From: an uncultured Gemmatimonadales bacterium
Lineage (GTDB): Bacteria > Gemmatimonadota > Gemmatimonadetes > Longimicrobiales > RSA9
Direction: 5' to 3'
Assembly: GCA_963708135.1 (NCBI GenBank)
Contig: OY970192.1
Span: 2,464,001 to 2,528,000, forward strand
Length of the DNA: 64,000 nucleotides
Shown here: one piece after another, positions 1-9,842 of the stretch
Layout: each line of letters starts with the position of its first letter
Numbering within the stretch: position 1 is the stretch's first letter
Program-made: the position numbers and the translations under genes
Notes under the pieces: model-generated
Database searches by the model: none
Seen by the model: the letters and a program-made list of their open reading frames with translations, nothing else
What the model was told of the DNA's origin: nothing

Positions 1-1057
1 TGGTGGCCAGCCCGCCCGCCACGGCGCGCGCCACCGCCGCCTCGAACTCCTCTGGCGCGAGGACGCGGATCCCGCGCTCCGACGCCGTACCCTCGTACGG
101 CTCGCGCAGCCACGCCGTGCGCGAGCCGAGCGCGCCGTCCAGAAACATCTTCACCCCGCCCACGCGCAGCCACTCGCCGCCGAAGCCGCTCCGGAGGCCC
201 AGCCGGAGCGCGTCGTCGAGCCGCTCGAGCGGAAGCTGCTGGAGCACCCGGAGCCGCAGCAGGTCCTCCGCCCGCAGCGCCTCGAGCAGCGCCAGCGGCT
301 CGGGGCCCGTCAGGTGGATGTTCGGGAACGAGTGGACACCCGTGATCCCCAGCCGGTGCAGCGCCGCCTGCGCGTCGAGAACGAGCGAGCGAGCCTCCGC
401 CGGCGCGGGCGCCGGCACCGTCCGCGTTACGAGCTGCGCGGCCGCCTCGAGCAGCACGCCCGTCGGCGCGCCGCGCGCGTCGCGCACGATCCGGCCGCCC
501 TCGGGATCGGGCGTGTCCGCTCCGATCCCGCACGCTTCGAGCGCCCGGGTGTTGACCCACAGCGCGTGCATGTCGTGGCTCTGGAGCGCGACCGGCCGGT
601 CGGCCACCGCCGCGTCCAGCACGAGGCGGTCCGGGTAGCCCCCACCCCAGTGGTGCGGATTCCACCCCCGTCCGAGGAGCCAGCCGCCGGGGAAACCGCG
701 GCCGGCCGCGGGTCGATCGCCGGCGCCGGCCGCGTCGCCGACGCCGCCCGCCCCCGCGCCGCCGCTGCCTGCGCGGCGGCCGGCGAGCGCGTCCGCGCAC
801 GCCTCGGGTGTGCGGGCCCGGGCGAGGTCCACCTCGCGGCGGGAGACCGCCCACTCGAGCAGGTGCAGGTGGGAGTCCGTCAGGCCGGGAGTGAGGGTGG
901 TGCCGCGCAGGTCGAGCACCGCGGCGCCGGGCGCCTCGCGCCGCAGCGCGTCCCGGCTGCCGCCGGCGATGATGCGGCCGCGCCGCACGAGCAGCGCCTG
1001 CGCGGGCGCGGAGGCGCGATCCAGCGTGTGGACCCGGTCGGCGAGGACGAGCAGCAC
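1..1057 (-). CDS. YtcJ-like amidohydrolase (amidohydrolase_3), 3' end runs off the window
   Basis: Not in the ORF track because there is no stop in the window. My translation from GTG 1057 (GGAGG RBS upstream): MLLVLADRVHTLD...LDLRGTTLTPGLTDSHLHL...GWLLGRGWN...SHDMHALWVNTRAL, with the PGxxDxHxH metal motif. Confidence 0.85.
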   Translation of the reverse strand, partial: MLLVLADRVHTLDRASAPAQALLVRRGRIIAGGSRDALRREAPGAAVLDLRGTTLTPGLTDSHLHLLEWAVSRREVDLARARTPEACADALAGRRAGSGGAGAGGVGDAAGAGDRPAAGRGFPGGWLLGRGWNPHHWGGGYPDRLVLDAAVADRPVALQSHDMHALWVNTRALEACGIGADTPDPEGGRIVRDARGAPTGVLLEAAAQLVTRTVPAPAPAEARSLVLDAQAALHRLGITGVHSFPNIHLTGPEPLALLEALRAEDLLRLRVLQQLPLERLDDALRLGLRSGFGGEWLRVGGVKMFLDGALGSRTAWLREPYEGTASERGIRVLAPEEFEAAVARAVAGGLAT

Positions 1058-1078
1058 GGTGGCCTCCGGGCTCCGCCC

Positions 1079-2005
1079 TCAGCGCTCCGCCGCGGCCGTG
1101 CCCTCGACGCCCTCGTAGACGATGCGCGAGAGGTCACCGATGAGCACGGCGGCGTCGTTGTCGAGGCGCCAGCTCCGGTCCTGGTTCTCCTTCGTCAGCA
1201 CCGCCAGCACATAGTCGCGCGACTTGGCGTACACGATGGCGACGTCGTTGCGCGTCGCGTCCGTCTCGCCGGTCTTGTGCGCGACCGTCGCATCCGGGGG
1301 CAGGTAGCGCGGAATCTCGATCTGCCCGGCCATCTGCTTCTTCAGCATGTCAACCATCTGCGTGGAGGCGTCGGGGGAGACGGCCGTGCCGTCGTAGATC
1401 ACGGCCATGAGCTTCGCGATCTCGAGCGGCGTGGTCGAGCCGAGGCCGTACTTCGCCGACGAGTCCGGGTTGATGGTCGTGCGCGCGCGCTCGAAGACCT
1501 TGGCCCACAGGCGCGTATGCCCGAGCCCGAGCGAGTCCATGCGCGCGTTCACCGCGCGGATCCCGAGCTTGCTCACGAGCAGATTGGTGGCCGTGTTGTC
1601 GCTCACGGCGATCATCAGCGTGGCCGCGTCCTTCACGGTCAGCTCGTGCGGCGCGTGCAGGAACTGCAGCACTCCCGAGCCGGGCTCCCGATCGCCCGCC
1701 AGCATGAGCAGCGGATCGTCGAGATGGATGCTGCCGAGGCGCACACGGTGGAAAAGCTCGGTCAGAACCCCTAGCTTGATCACGCTCGCGGTCGGGAACG
1801 TCTCGTCGCCGCGGATGGCCAGGGTCTCGCCGGTCTTCGGATCGATGAGCGCGAGGCCGACCACGCCGTGGTGCTGGGCGATCCTCGCCTCGAGCGCCGG
1901 TCGCAGCGCCGAGAACGGCTGCTGCGCGCCGGCCTCGCGGGGCCCCGCCAGGAGCGCCACGACGGCGACGGCGGCGGGCATGCGGAGCGCGAGGGGCACG
2001 CGCAT
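1079..2005 (-). CDS. Class A beta-lactamase-related serine hydrolase (Beta-lactamase2/PBP-A-like), exported
   Basis: SVIK (SxxK), SDN and KTG motifs; signal peptide; GGAGGAG RBS before MRVPL. Confidence 0.85.
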   Translation of the reverse strand: MRVPLALRMPAAVAVVALLAGPREAGAQQPFSALRPALEARIAQHHGVVGLALIDPKTGETLAIRGDETFPTASVIKLGVLTELFHRVRLGSIHLDDPLLMLAGDREPGSGVLQFLHAPHELTVKDAATLMIAVSDNTATNLLVSKLGIRAVNARMDSLGLGHTRLWAKVFERARTTINPDSSAKYGLGSTTPLEIAKLMAVIYDGTAVSPDASTQMVDMLKKQMAGQIEIPRYLPPDATVAHKTGETDATRNDVAIVYAKSRDYVLAVLTKENQDRSWRLDNDAAVLIGDLSRIVYEGVEGTAAAER

Positions 2006-2150
2006 CGGGAACTCCTCCCTGCCTCGTGAGCGGTGCGGTGCTTCGGGTGCCGCGGCGCCGGCCGGACGCGGCATTCGAGCGGCGCCGGAACACTAGTCGC
2101 GCCACGCACGCGGCGCAAACGGGCAGACTCCTTGCACGCGCCGGGGGCGC

Positions 2151-3272
2151 ATGGACACCGTTCACACCGAAGAACAGGTCTCGGCGCTGGCCGGGCGCCT
2201 GGCCAACGAGCCGCTCGTCGCCGCCGACACCGAGGCGGCCGGCTACCACAGGTACCACGACAGGATCTGCCTGCTGCAGCTCTCGACGCGGCGCGAGACC
2301 TTCCTCGTGGACACCCTCGCGCTCGGCGACCTAGACCCGCTCGCCCCCCTCTTCGAGCGTTTCGCCACCGAGGTCGTCTTCCACGACGCCGACTACGACC
2401 TGCGCCTCCTCTCGCGCGACTTCGGCATCGAGGTGCACGCCCTCTTCGACACCAAGATCGCCGCCCAGATGCTCGGCGAGCCCGCCTTCGGCCTGGCCAA
2501 CCTGCTGGAGAAGCACCTGGGCCTGCGGCTCGAGAAGAAGCACCAGCGCGCCGACTGGGCGCAGCGGCCGCTGCCCCGAGACATGCTCGAGTACGCCGCC
2601 GAGGACACGCGCTCACTACCCGCGCTGCGCGACCGGCTGAAGGAGCTCCTGGAGGAGAGGGGCCGGTTGGGCTGGGCCGAGGAGGAGTTCAGGGTGCAGG
2701 AAACCGTGCGCTGGACCACCGCGCCCGACGATCCCGACGCGTTCCTGCGCCTCAAGGGCACGCGCGAGCTCAAGCCCCGCCAGCTCGCCGCGCTGCGCGA
2801 GCTCTACGCCTGGCGCGAGGAGGAGGCCTCCGCCCGCGACCGCGCGAGCTTCCGCGTCATGGGCAACGACGCGCTGCTCGCCGTCGCCCGCGAGATGCCG
2901 GCCGCGCGCGGCGCGCTCGAGGACGTGAAGGGCCTGCCCCGCTCCTACGTCGAGCGCTTCGGCCCCGAGCTGCTCTCCGCCGTCCGCCGCGCGCGCGCCC
3001 TGCCGGACACCGAGCTGCCGGTCCGCCGCCGCGGCCCCTCTCGCCCGCCGCCCGACCCCGAGCTCGACGCCCTGCTCGATCGCCTGAAGGGTGCCCGCGA
3101 CCGAGCCGCCGAGGAGCTCGGCCTCGACCGCGGCTTCCTCATGCCCCGCTCCCAGCTCGAGGAGCTCGCCCGCGCCCACCCCTCCTCCCGGGAGCAGATG
3201 GCCGCCCTCCCCGGCTTCCGCCACTGGCAGGTCGAGGCCGCCGGCACGCTGCTCATGAAGGTGCTGGGCTGA
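2151..3272 (+). CDS. rnd: Ribonuclease D (DEDDy 3'-5' exonuclease with HRDC domains)
   Basis: ADTE, FHDADYD, FDTKIAAQ, DWAQRPL, YAAED motifs; HRDC-like WREEEASARDR segment. Confidence 0.93.
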   Translation: MDTVHTEEQVSALAGRLANEPLVAADTEAAGYHRYHDRICLLQLSTRRETFLVDTLALGDLDPLAPLFERFATEVVFHDADYDLRLLSRDFGIEVHALFDTKIAAQMLGEPAFGLANLLEKHLGLRLEKKHQRADWAQRPLPRDMLEYAAEDTRSLPALRDRLKELLEERGRLGWAEEEFRVQETVRWTTAPDDPDAFLRLKGTRELKPRQLAALRELYAWREEEASARDRASFRVMGNDALLAVAREMPAARGALEDVKGLPRSYVERFGPELLSAVRRARALPDTELPVRRRGPSRPPPDPELDALLDRLKGARDRAAEELGLDRGFLMPRSQLEELARAHPSSREQMAALPGFRHWQVEAAGTLLMKVLG

Positions 3273-3295
3273 ATCTCCGTCCCCGCCTCCACTCC

Positions 3296-3327
3296 AGAGT
3301 GGGAGAGTGGGAGAGTGGGAGACCGGG
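3296..3327. repeat. Octamer tandem repeat (AGAGTGGG)x3 plus a variant; copy of dispersed repeat family A
   Basis: Read directly. The reverse complement of 3305-3323 (GTCTCCCACTCTCCCACTC) also occurs at about 7844 and 19154. Confidence 0.85.
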
Positions 3328-3399
3328 CGACGCTCGCCGCCGCCGACCGCGCCCGGGCCGCTCCTGCCCTCCGGCGGTTCCACGCTCGCCCCTCTCACC

Positions 3400-3520
3400 C
3401 CCCTGCCTCCCTGCCGCTGCCCCTGCCCCCTCCACCTCCACCTCCACCTGAACCTGCCCCTGCCTTCCGTTTCTGCCTTCTGCCCCTCCACCTCCACGTA
3501 CCCCTACCCCTACCCCTCCG
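3400..3520. repeat. Pyrimidine-rich degenerate hexamer tract (CCTGCC/CCTCCA/CCTACC) with a 31-bp core; dispersed repeat family B
   Basis: 3447-3477 matches 23471-23501 at 29 of 31 positions. Confidence 0.8.
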
Positions 3521-3525
3521 CGGGC

Positions 3526-3753
3526 CTACTGGTCGAGGTACCAGACGCTCAGGATGATCTCCCTGTCCCCCGCGCCGCCGCTCCCGGGAATCACCGACTG
3601 CCGGACCTCCACGATCTCGCGCTGCGGCCGCGCGCCCAGCCACGCGTTCACCGACTTCTCCAGCGCCTCCAGCCCTCGCTCGTTGAAGAACTTCACCTGC
3701 ATCGCGCGCCCGGCGCCGGAATGCGACGGGACCGACGGGATCTCGAACGTCAT
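3526..3753 (-). CDS. 75-aa protein resembling the Cse60 family
   Basis: Strong GAGGAGGAG RBS. MQVKFFNERGLEALEKSVNAWL...EIVEVRQSV...IILSVWY resembles the Cse60 pattern as I recall it (VKvF..e..dLE..VN.fL...iidik). Confidence 0.65.
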   Translation of the reverse strand: MTFEIPSVPSHSGAGRAMQVKFFNERGLEALEKSVNAWLGARPQREIVEVRQSVIPGSGGAGDREIILSVWYLDQ

Positions 3754-3803
3754 GCGCTCCTCCTCGCGTTCGTGCCTGCCCGGCCGCGCCGGGCGGCCGC
3801 GGC

Positions 3804-6773
3804 TCAGGGCCGCAGCACCATGATCTTGCGCGTGACCGCGCCGTCCGGCAGCTCCACGACGAGCAGGTAGAGCCCGTTGGCGACGGCGCTGCCGCGCTCG
3901 TTCTCGAGCGTCCACGCCACGCTGCCCTCGCCGAGCGCCGAGCCGGCCGCTCCCCAGACGCGGCGGCCGGAGAGGGTGTAGATGCCGACCGAGCGCGGCG
4001 TGACGCCGTAGTTGATGATGAGCCGCTGCCCGCGCACCGGGTTCTCCGAGAGCGCCACCCGCTCCCCGGGCTCGAGCAGGGAGGCGGCGCGGTCCGCGGA
4101 GGCCACCGGCCCCGCCGCGCCCGTGCGCCGGTTCTGGGCGCCCGAGAGCGTCCCCTCCGAGCGGGTCTCCTCGGGCAGGTAGCGCGCGGCGAAGTGCGTC
4201 GCGTTCGGGGAGGCACCGCTGAGGCGCAGCGTCAGCAGCTCGTCGCGGGCCTCCCCCGCCGGCACCACCACCGCGGGCGCGAAGGTCACGCGGCCCACGC
4301 CCGCCAGACGCGCGGCCACCTCGGCGTCCACGGGCTCGTCCGGCCCCGGCACGCCGTCGCCGTTCAGGTCCCGCACGAGCAGCGCCACGGCGGCGCTGTC
4401 GCGGCCGGTCACGTCGAAGCCCAGGCGTGTCACGGCCTGCGCCTCCGCAGAGTCGGCCACCAGGTGAACGGCGAGGAGCGGGACGAGCGTGCCGGCCCGC
4501 GTGCTGGTGGCGGGCGGGGCGGCGAGCGCCGCCACGTCCATCGCCAGCGACCCCGGGGGCGGCCCGAGCGCGTGCACGGCGGCCGCCACGTCCAGCTTGC
4601 CGTACCCCCACTGCGCGTTGGGCGTGCCCTCCGGCTCGCCCGTGTAGGGGTGGCGCGTGAAGGCATCCTCCGCCGCGGCGCCGGTCAGCAGCGTGCGCGC
4701 CGCCTCGGGCGTGAGCGCGGGCCGCAGCTCGAGCAGCAGCGCCACCGCCCCGGTCACGAACGGCGCCGCCATGCTGGTGCCGAAGAGCACGGCGTGGCGG
4801 CCGTCCGCCTCGACGAAGTTCGGCAGCTTGGCCCAGAGGGTGGCATCCCGACTCATGGAGGACACCACGACCTTGCCGGGCGCGGCGATCTCCGGCTTGA
4901 GCACGCCGTCGCGGCGTGGCCCGGGATCGCTGAAGAAGCCGATGTCGCCGAGCGGCTCCCGGTACGGGAACGTCTGCGGCCCGGCCGCGGCCGTCCACGT
5001 CTCGCGCGAGGCGAAGGCCGCGACCGTGATCGCGCGCGTGGCGGAGCCGGGAGAGGAGACGAGGGTGCGGTTGTCGGAGGGGTCGAGCGAGGTGAGCTCC
5101 GTCGCCGTGGCGAGCGTGCTGCCCACGAGCCACATGTGCCAGGCACCGCCGTCCGCGATGTGCGCGCCGTCGAGGGTGATGGACCACGCACCGGGCACCG
5201 GCGGCTGCGCGGCGTCCTCGTCGAACACGGTGATGAGCGCCTCGCGGTCGCCATCGTTCGGGTCCCGGCCGCCCGAGGCGTTGTCGATCGCGATCGCGCC
5301 GTCCGGCGTGGCCACGATGGCGGTGTCGCCCATGGCGACGGCGACGCTGTAGCCGGCCGGCGTGGTCACGCGGATCGTCACCGAGTCCGCGCCGCCGTAC
5401 CAGAGGTCGAGGACCGCGCCATCATCCACGGCGCCGGAGCCCGGCGTGTAGCTGGGCACCACCAGGTGGGTGGTGGCGCTTCCGCCGGGCGCGAGGGCGC
5501 CCGCCGCGTGCACCGGCGCACGCACGAAGGCCGGCGATTCGTTACCGTTGACCGCCTGGTTCCCCGCCACGGTGACGACGATGCGGCCCGCCCCCACGAG
5601 CTGGTCGATCGCCTGCTCGAAGAGCGTGGTGCCGTCGTGCGGGCCGAGCTGCGTGCCGAGCGAGAGGTTCACGACCGCCGGCTCCCCCAGCGCCGCCGCG
5701 CGGTCGAAGATGTAGGCCAGGCCGTCCAGCAGCCGGTCCGTCGTGAACGCGCCGTCGCCGCCCTTCACCACGATCAGGTCCGCGGCCGGGGCCACGCCCG
5801 CGAAGCGGTACGCCGGCTCGCCGTTGCCGGTGGCCGCCCCGTCGCCTGCCGCGATCCCGGCCACGTGGGTGCCGTGCCCCACCCGGTCCACGAGCGCGCA
5901 TCCGCCCGCGTCGATCAGCGCCGAGGAGCACTCCTCGCCGTAGTCGAAGACATCGCCGCCGACCGCGCCCGGCGCCGCGCCGCTCCCCGTCTGGTCCCAC
6001 GCGTAGAGCACGCGTGTGGCGCCGGCGCCGTCCCGGAAGTCCTCGTGGGCGAGGTCCACCCCGCTGTCGTAGATGCCGACGACGACACCCTGCCCGGCGA
6101 GCCCCAGGAACCGGCTGCCCTCCCGCTGCCGCAGCGCGTCGGCATCCACGTCGCCCACCCCGACCTCGTCCGTCCCGACGACGTCCCCCGTCACCAGCGC
6201 GGCGCGCGCCGGGGCCGCCGGGCCGGGCGGCCCACCGGGGGCGCCGGCGGCGACGGGCCGACTCGGCCCCGGCGCCACTCGCTCGCCGCCGCGCGCCGCC
6301 GCGGACAGTCCCGCCGCCGTGGCCGGCGCCGCGGGCGCGAGCCGGGCCGCCGCCTCCATGAAGCGGATCCCCGGCGTCCGGCCGAGCGCGCCGAGCGCGT
6401 CCACCGGGACGAGCGCGCTGACGATGTCGCCCACGCGCGCCCCCATGCGCGCCCCCGCGGCGCGCAGCACGGCCACCCCGCCGGCCTCCACCCGCACGAG
6501 CGCGTGAACGTACGCGCGGCCGCCCGGGCCGGCGGTCTCGACGGCGGCGGCGGCGAGGAAGGGCGGCACCGCGGCGGCAGCCGCGCCGGGGGAGGCGGCA
6601 CCCGGCCGCGCGCCCTCCGCGCGCGAGGCGGGGCCCGGCTCCGCGGCGAGCGGGGCGGCCGCGCGCGAGGCCAGGAAGCGGAGCGGCGCGTCCATGCGCG
6701 CCTGCGCCTGCCCCGCGGCCGGCGCGGCGCTCAGCAGCAGGACCAGTCCGGCGGCGGTCAGCAGTCTATGCAT
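3804..6773 (-). CDS. Secreted S8 subtilase, CspA-like, with C-terminal FlgD/T9SS-type-A-like domain
   Basis: Catalytic triad YDSG, GHGTHVAG, GTSMAAP; DFRD..GATRVLYAWDQT; long insertion between His and Ser; C-terminus ENPVRG...IYTLSGRRV...NGLYLLVV...TRKIMVLR. Confidence 0.9.
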   Translation of the reverse strand: MHRLLTAAGLVLLLSAAPAAGQAQARMDAPLRFLASRAAAPLAAEPGPASRAEGARPGAASPGAAAAAVPPFLAAAAVETAGPGGRAYVHALVRVEAGGVAVLRAAGARMGARVGDIVSALVPVDALGALGRTPGIRFMEAAARLAPAAPATAAGLSAAARGGERVAPGPSRPVAAGAPGGPPGPAAPARAALVTGDVVGTDEVGVGDVDADALRQREGSRFLGLAGQGVVVGIYDSGVDLAHEDFRDGAGATRVLYAWDQTGSGAAPGAVGGDVFDYGEECSSALIDAGGCALVDRVGHGTHVAGIAAGDGAATGNGEPAYRFAGVAPAADLIVVKGGDGAFTTDRLLDGLAYIFDRAAALGEPAVVNLSLGTQLGPHDGTTLFEQAIDQLVGAGRIVVTVAGNQAVNGNESPAFVRAPVHAAGALAPGGSATTHLVVPSYTPGSGAVDDGAVLDLWYGGADSVTIRVTTPAGYSVAVAMGDTAIVATPDGAIAIDNASGGRDPNDGDREALITVFDEDAAQPPVPGAWSITLDGAHIADGGAWHMWLVGSTLATATELTSLDPSDNRTLVSSPGSATRAITVAAFASRETWTAAAGPQTFPYREPLGDIGFFSDPGPRRDGVLKPEIAAPGKVVVSSMSRDATLWAKLPNFVEADGRHAVLFGTSMAAPFVTGAVALLLELRPALTPEAARTLLTGAAAEDAFTRHPYTGEPEGTPNAQWGYGKLDVAAAVHALGPPPGSLAMDVAALAAPPATSTRAGTLVPLLAVHLVADSAEAQAVTRLGFDVTGRDSAAVALLVRDLNGDGVPGPDEPVDAEVAARLAGVGRVTFAPAVVVPAGEARDELLTLRLSGASPNATHFAARYLPEETRSEGTLSGAQNRRTGAAGPVASADRAASLLEPGERVALSENPVRGQRLIINYGVTPRSVGIYTLSGRRVWGAAGSALGEGSVAWTLENERGSAVANGLYLLVVELPDGAVTRKIMVLRP

Positions 6774-6956
6774 GAAGATGATGCTGGGGCAGCGGGAATC
6801 CGGCATGGAAGTTAGGCGGCCGCGGGAGCCTCCACAAGCGACGGCGCCAGTGCCCGGGCGCACCATCGCCGAAGCCTGTGTCCTGTCACGACACCAGTGG
6901 ACCGTATCTGAAGTTCGGTGAGCACCGAATGCCATCGCTACTTCGGATACGGTCCG

Positions 6957-7610
6957 CTAGCCGCCGGGCAAGGCGGCGGCGGGCGGCCGCCCGCCGCCGC
7001 GCGCGACGTAGCATTCGGCGTAGCCCAGCGTGGCCCGGCCCGTGAGGCGGACCACCGGTACGTCCTCCGCCTCGGCCCCGCCGCGCCCGCCCCTCACCGA
7101 GAAATACCCGGCGAACGCGTGGCCCTCGCTCTCGACACGCACGCCCGCGGGCAGCCGGATCTCGACGTACCCCATGAACGCGTGCACCTCGATCTCCGTC
7201 GTTCCCGGCTCGAAGCGCGCGTGCGTGAGGTCGAGCTCCACGTAACCGAGCCGGGCGTGCAGGCGCAGGTGCCGCGGCGCGACGCCCGTGATCCGCACCT
7301 CCTGCCCCGACAGGAAAGCCCCCACTTCGCGCGGCGCCGGCGCCGGAACACCGGCGCCGGCGTTGCTGGGACCACCAGCGGCCTGCTCGGCCGCGAGCCC
7401 GGCGAGCACCGCCTCGAGCTCGGCGGGCGTCCTCGCGCGGTAGACCCGGTCGAGGAGCGACTCCAGCTCGGCCTCGCCGAGCTCGTCGGCCGCGTACCGG
7501 CGCGTCAGCATCGCGACCGCCCGCTCCCGCGCCGCCGGCGCAGGCGCGGGGGCAGGCGCCGGCGTGGGCGCGAATGGCTCGGGTCGCTCGGGGTCGGTCG
7601 GCGCGGGCAT
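6957..7610 (-). CDS. DUF1707 (SHOCT-like) plus LiaF-like beta-domain protein
   Basis: RERAVAMLTRRYAADEL..ELESLLDRVYRART.AEL, then GYVELDLTHARF and GYVEIRLP repeats. Confidence 0.8.
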   Translation of the reverse strand: MPAPTDPERPEPFAPTPAPAPAPAPAARERAVAMLTRRYAADELGEAELESLLDRVYRARTPAELEAVLAGLAAEQAAGGPSNAGAGVPAPAPREVGAFLSGQEVRITGVAPRHLRLHARLGYVELDLTHARFEPGTTEIEVHAFMGYVEIRLPAGVRVESEGHAFAGYFSVRGGRGGAEAEDVPVVRLTGRATLGYAECYVARGGGRPPAAALPGG

Positions 7611-7841
7611 CGCATCCTCCATCGGAGACAGCACCACGGTAGGCTCCCGCCGGCCCCCGGTCAACGCGCCGGCCGGCACCGGAGCCCACCCGTGTAGCGG
7701 CGCCGGGCAGGCGATCGGCCCCGACGCAGAGCGCCCGGCGAGCCGATCGACCGCCGACGCGGACGCGCTCGGCGGCGCGACCACCCGCGGGCGCGGAACC
7801 GCCGGCCGCCCGATCACCCCGGCAGTCCTCGGCCGCCCCGA

Positions 7842-7864
7842 CCGTCTCCCACTCTCCCACTCCC
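7842..7864. repeat. Dispersed repeat family A copy
   Basis: CCGTCTCCCACTCTCCCACTCCC, identical to 19152-19174. Confidence 0.85.
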
Positions 7865-7950
7865 GGGGGGCGGGCACGATGGCGCTGCCCGGCTGGCCCC
7901 GTCACCACCACCCGCCTACCTTCCAGAATCCCCTCGCCCGGAGGAGTCCC

Positions 7951-9111
7951 ATGCACGGGAGCACCATGCGCGCCGCGGCCGCCCAGCTCACGCTCCTGCT
8001 GGCGCTCGGGCCCGCCGCGCGTGCCCAGACACCGGCCGCGGGCGGGTTCGTGGCCACGATCGGGACGGGCACCCTCGACACCGTGGCCGTCGAGCACTAC
8101 ACCCGCACGCCCACCCGCCTCATCGGCAGCAGCGCCGTGGCGAATCCGCGCGCGCAGATCCGGACGTACGACGTGTCCTTCTCGCCCGCCGGGCGCGTCG
8201 AGCGCATCCATCTGACCGCCGGCGCACCCGGGACCCCGCCCGACCTCACTGCCGACTACGTCTACTCCGGCGACAGCGTGACGGTCACTATGCACCGCGA
8301 CACCGCCAGCCGGCGCTACGCCGTGGCCACCCACGGCGAGCGGCCGCTTCCCTTCTTCGAGGACCTGTTCGGCTTCTGGGAGGTGGCCATCGGCCAGGCC
8401 GCCGCCGGGCAGGCCGATAGCGCGACGTTGGAAGCCCTGGCCGGGCGACAGGTCCTGCCGATCACCGTGGTTCGCCGCGGCCCGGGCCGCGTGGACTTCG
8501 GCTTTCCGGACTGGGGCACCGTCCACGCCACGCTGGACGCCGGCCACCGCTTCCGCCGCCTCGACATGACGGAGACCACCAACAAGTACACTGTGCTGCC
8601 GGCCTCCGCCGTGGACGTGGAGCACGTCGCGGCCACCTGGGCCGCCCGCCCGCAGCCGGGGCAGCTCTCTCCCCGCGATACCGCGGAGGCCGCTGTCGGC
8701 GCCGCCCACATCGTCGTGGACTACGGCCGCCCATCCATGCGCGGGCGGAAGGTTTTCGGGGGCATCGTGCCGTGGAACGCAGTATGGCGGACGGGGGCGA
8801 ACGCGGCCACGCAGCTCATCACGGACCGCGACCTCGAGATCGGCGGCACGCTCGTGCCCGCCGGCACCTATTCGCTCTTCAGCCTCCCGACCGAGAGCGG
8901 CTGGACCCTGATCATCAACAGCCAGCACGGCCAGTGGGGCACCGAGTACCACCCCGAGCAGGATCTCGCCCGCATCCCCCTGACCGTGACGCGGCTCGCC
9001 GATCCCGTCGAGCGGTTCACGATCGCGGTCACGCCCGCGGACGCGGGTGCCGGCACGCTGGACCTGGCGTGGGAGCGGACGAAGGGGAGCGTCGCCGTCC
9101 GGGTGAAGTAG
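7951..9111 (+). CDS. Exported DUF2911 domain protein
   Basis: LSPRD..VDYGRPSMRGRKVFGGIVPWNAVWRTGANAAT..AGTYSLF; signal peptide; GGAGGAG RBS. Confidence 0.85.
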   Translation: MHGSTMRAAAAQLTLLLALGPAARAQTPAAGGFVATIGTGTLDTVAVEHYTRTPTRLIGSSAVANPRAQIRTYDVSFSPAGRVERIHLTAGAPGTPPDLTADYVYSGDSVTVTMHRDTASRRYAVATHGERPLPFFEDLFGFWEVAIGQAAAGQADSATLEALAGRQVLPITVVRRGPGRVDFGFPDWGTVHATLDAGHRFRRLDMTETTNKYTVLPASAVDVEHVAATWAARPQPGQLSPRDTAEAAVGAAHIVVDYGRPSMRGRKVFGGIVPWNAVWRTGANAATQLITDRDLEIGGTLVPAGTYSLFSLPTESGWTLIINSQHGQWGTEYHPEQDLARIPLTVTRLADPVERFTIAVTPADAGAGTLDLAWERTKGSVAVRVK

Positions 9112-9193
9112 GAGCGCCGGCCGGCGACGGCGCGGCAGCCGCGGGTCGAGAACGCGCGCCGGACGCGGGCGGCGGGCGCGTCGCCTTCGGCGC

Positions 9194-9670
9194 TCAGGTC
9201 CCCCAGGGGTCGAAGCCGAGCATGATGTAGTCGCCGGAGCGGCCCTCGAGCGCGGCGGCGCCGCTGTCGATCGCCTCGAGCGACTCCTCCGCCTCACCGA
9301 CCGCCGCGGCGGCCTCGCGGATCGCCTGGAGCACGCCCCTCACCTGCGCGAGCTGGAGCAGGACGTACGCCTTGGGCGCGGCATCGGAGCCGCGCGGCTC
9401 GACGACCAGGTCCACGAGGTCCGTCTCCTGGGAGATCTTCCACACATCGCCCGTCTTCTTCAGCAGCTTGTCCGCCGCCTTCACGTCCGCGTGCAGCGTG
9501 CGCACCATCTTCTGCACCTCGCGGTCGCTGTTCCCGCGCTGGCGCGAGAAGCGCTGGGCCAGTCCCGCGGCGTCGCCCTCCTCCCGGCGCTGCGCCGTGC
9601 GGGCGAGCAGCTCGCCCACATAGGCGTAGATGCCGACAACGATGGGGATCGGATCGAGTGCGACGCGCAT
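9194..9670 (-). CDS. Hypothetical helical protein
   Basis: GAGGAG RBS before MRVALDP; protein-like composition with GC3-rich codons. Confidence 0.65.
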   Translation of the reverse strand: MRVALDPIPIVVGIYAYVGELLARTAQRREEGDAAGLAQRFSRQRGNSDREVQKMVRTLHADVKAADKLLKKTGDVWKISQETDLVDLVVEPRGSDAAPKAYVLLQLAQVRGVLQAIREAAAAVGEAEESLEAIDSGAAALEGRSGDYIMLGFDPWGT

Positions 9671-9842
9671 GGAGCTCCTCTCTCTGGGCTGCCGGCCGGC
9701 CCTGCTCCGTCCGCCGGGGGGCCGCGGGGGCAGAAGGATGCGCGCCGCGGCGGGCGGCGTCAACCGGGGCGAGGCGGGCTCGCGCGAAGCCGGCCGGCGT
9801 GATAGAATGGCGCGTCGCCCGAACCGAACCACCGGAGGATGC

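Noticed and set aside
2121..2136. Sigma54-like sites (GGGCAGACTCCTTGCA here; also minus 17047-17061 and plus 35719-35733)
   Set aside because: GG-N10-GC spacing is right, but matches are imperfect and common in GC-rich DNA; needs a PWM or TSS data.
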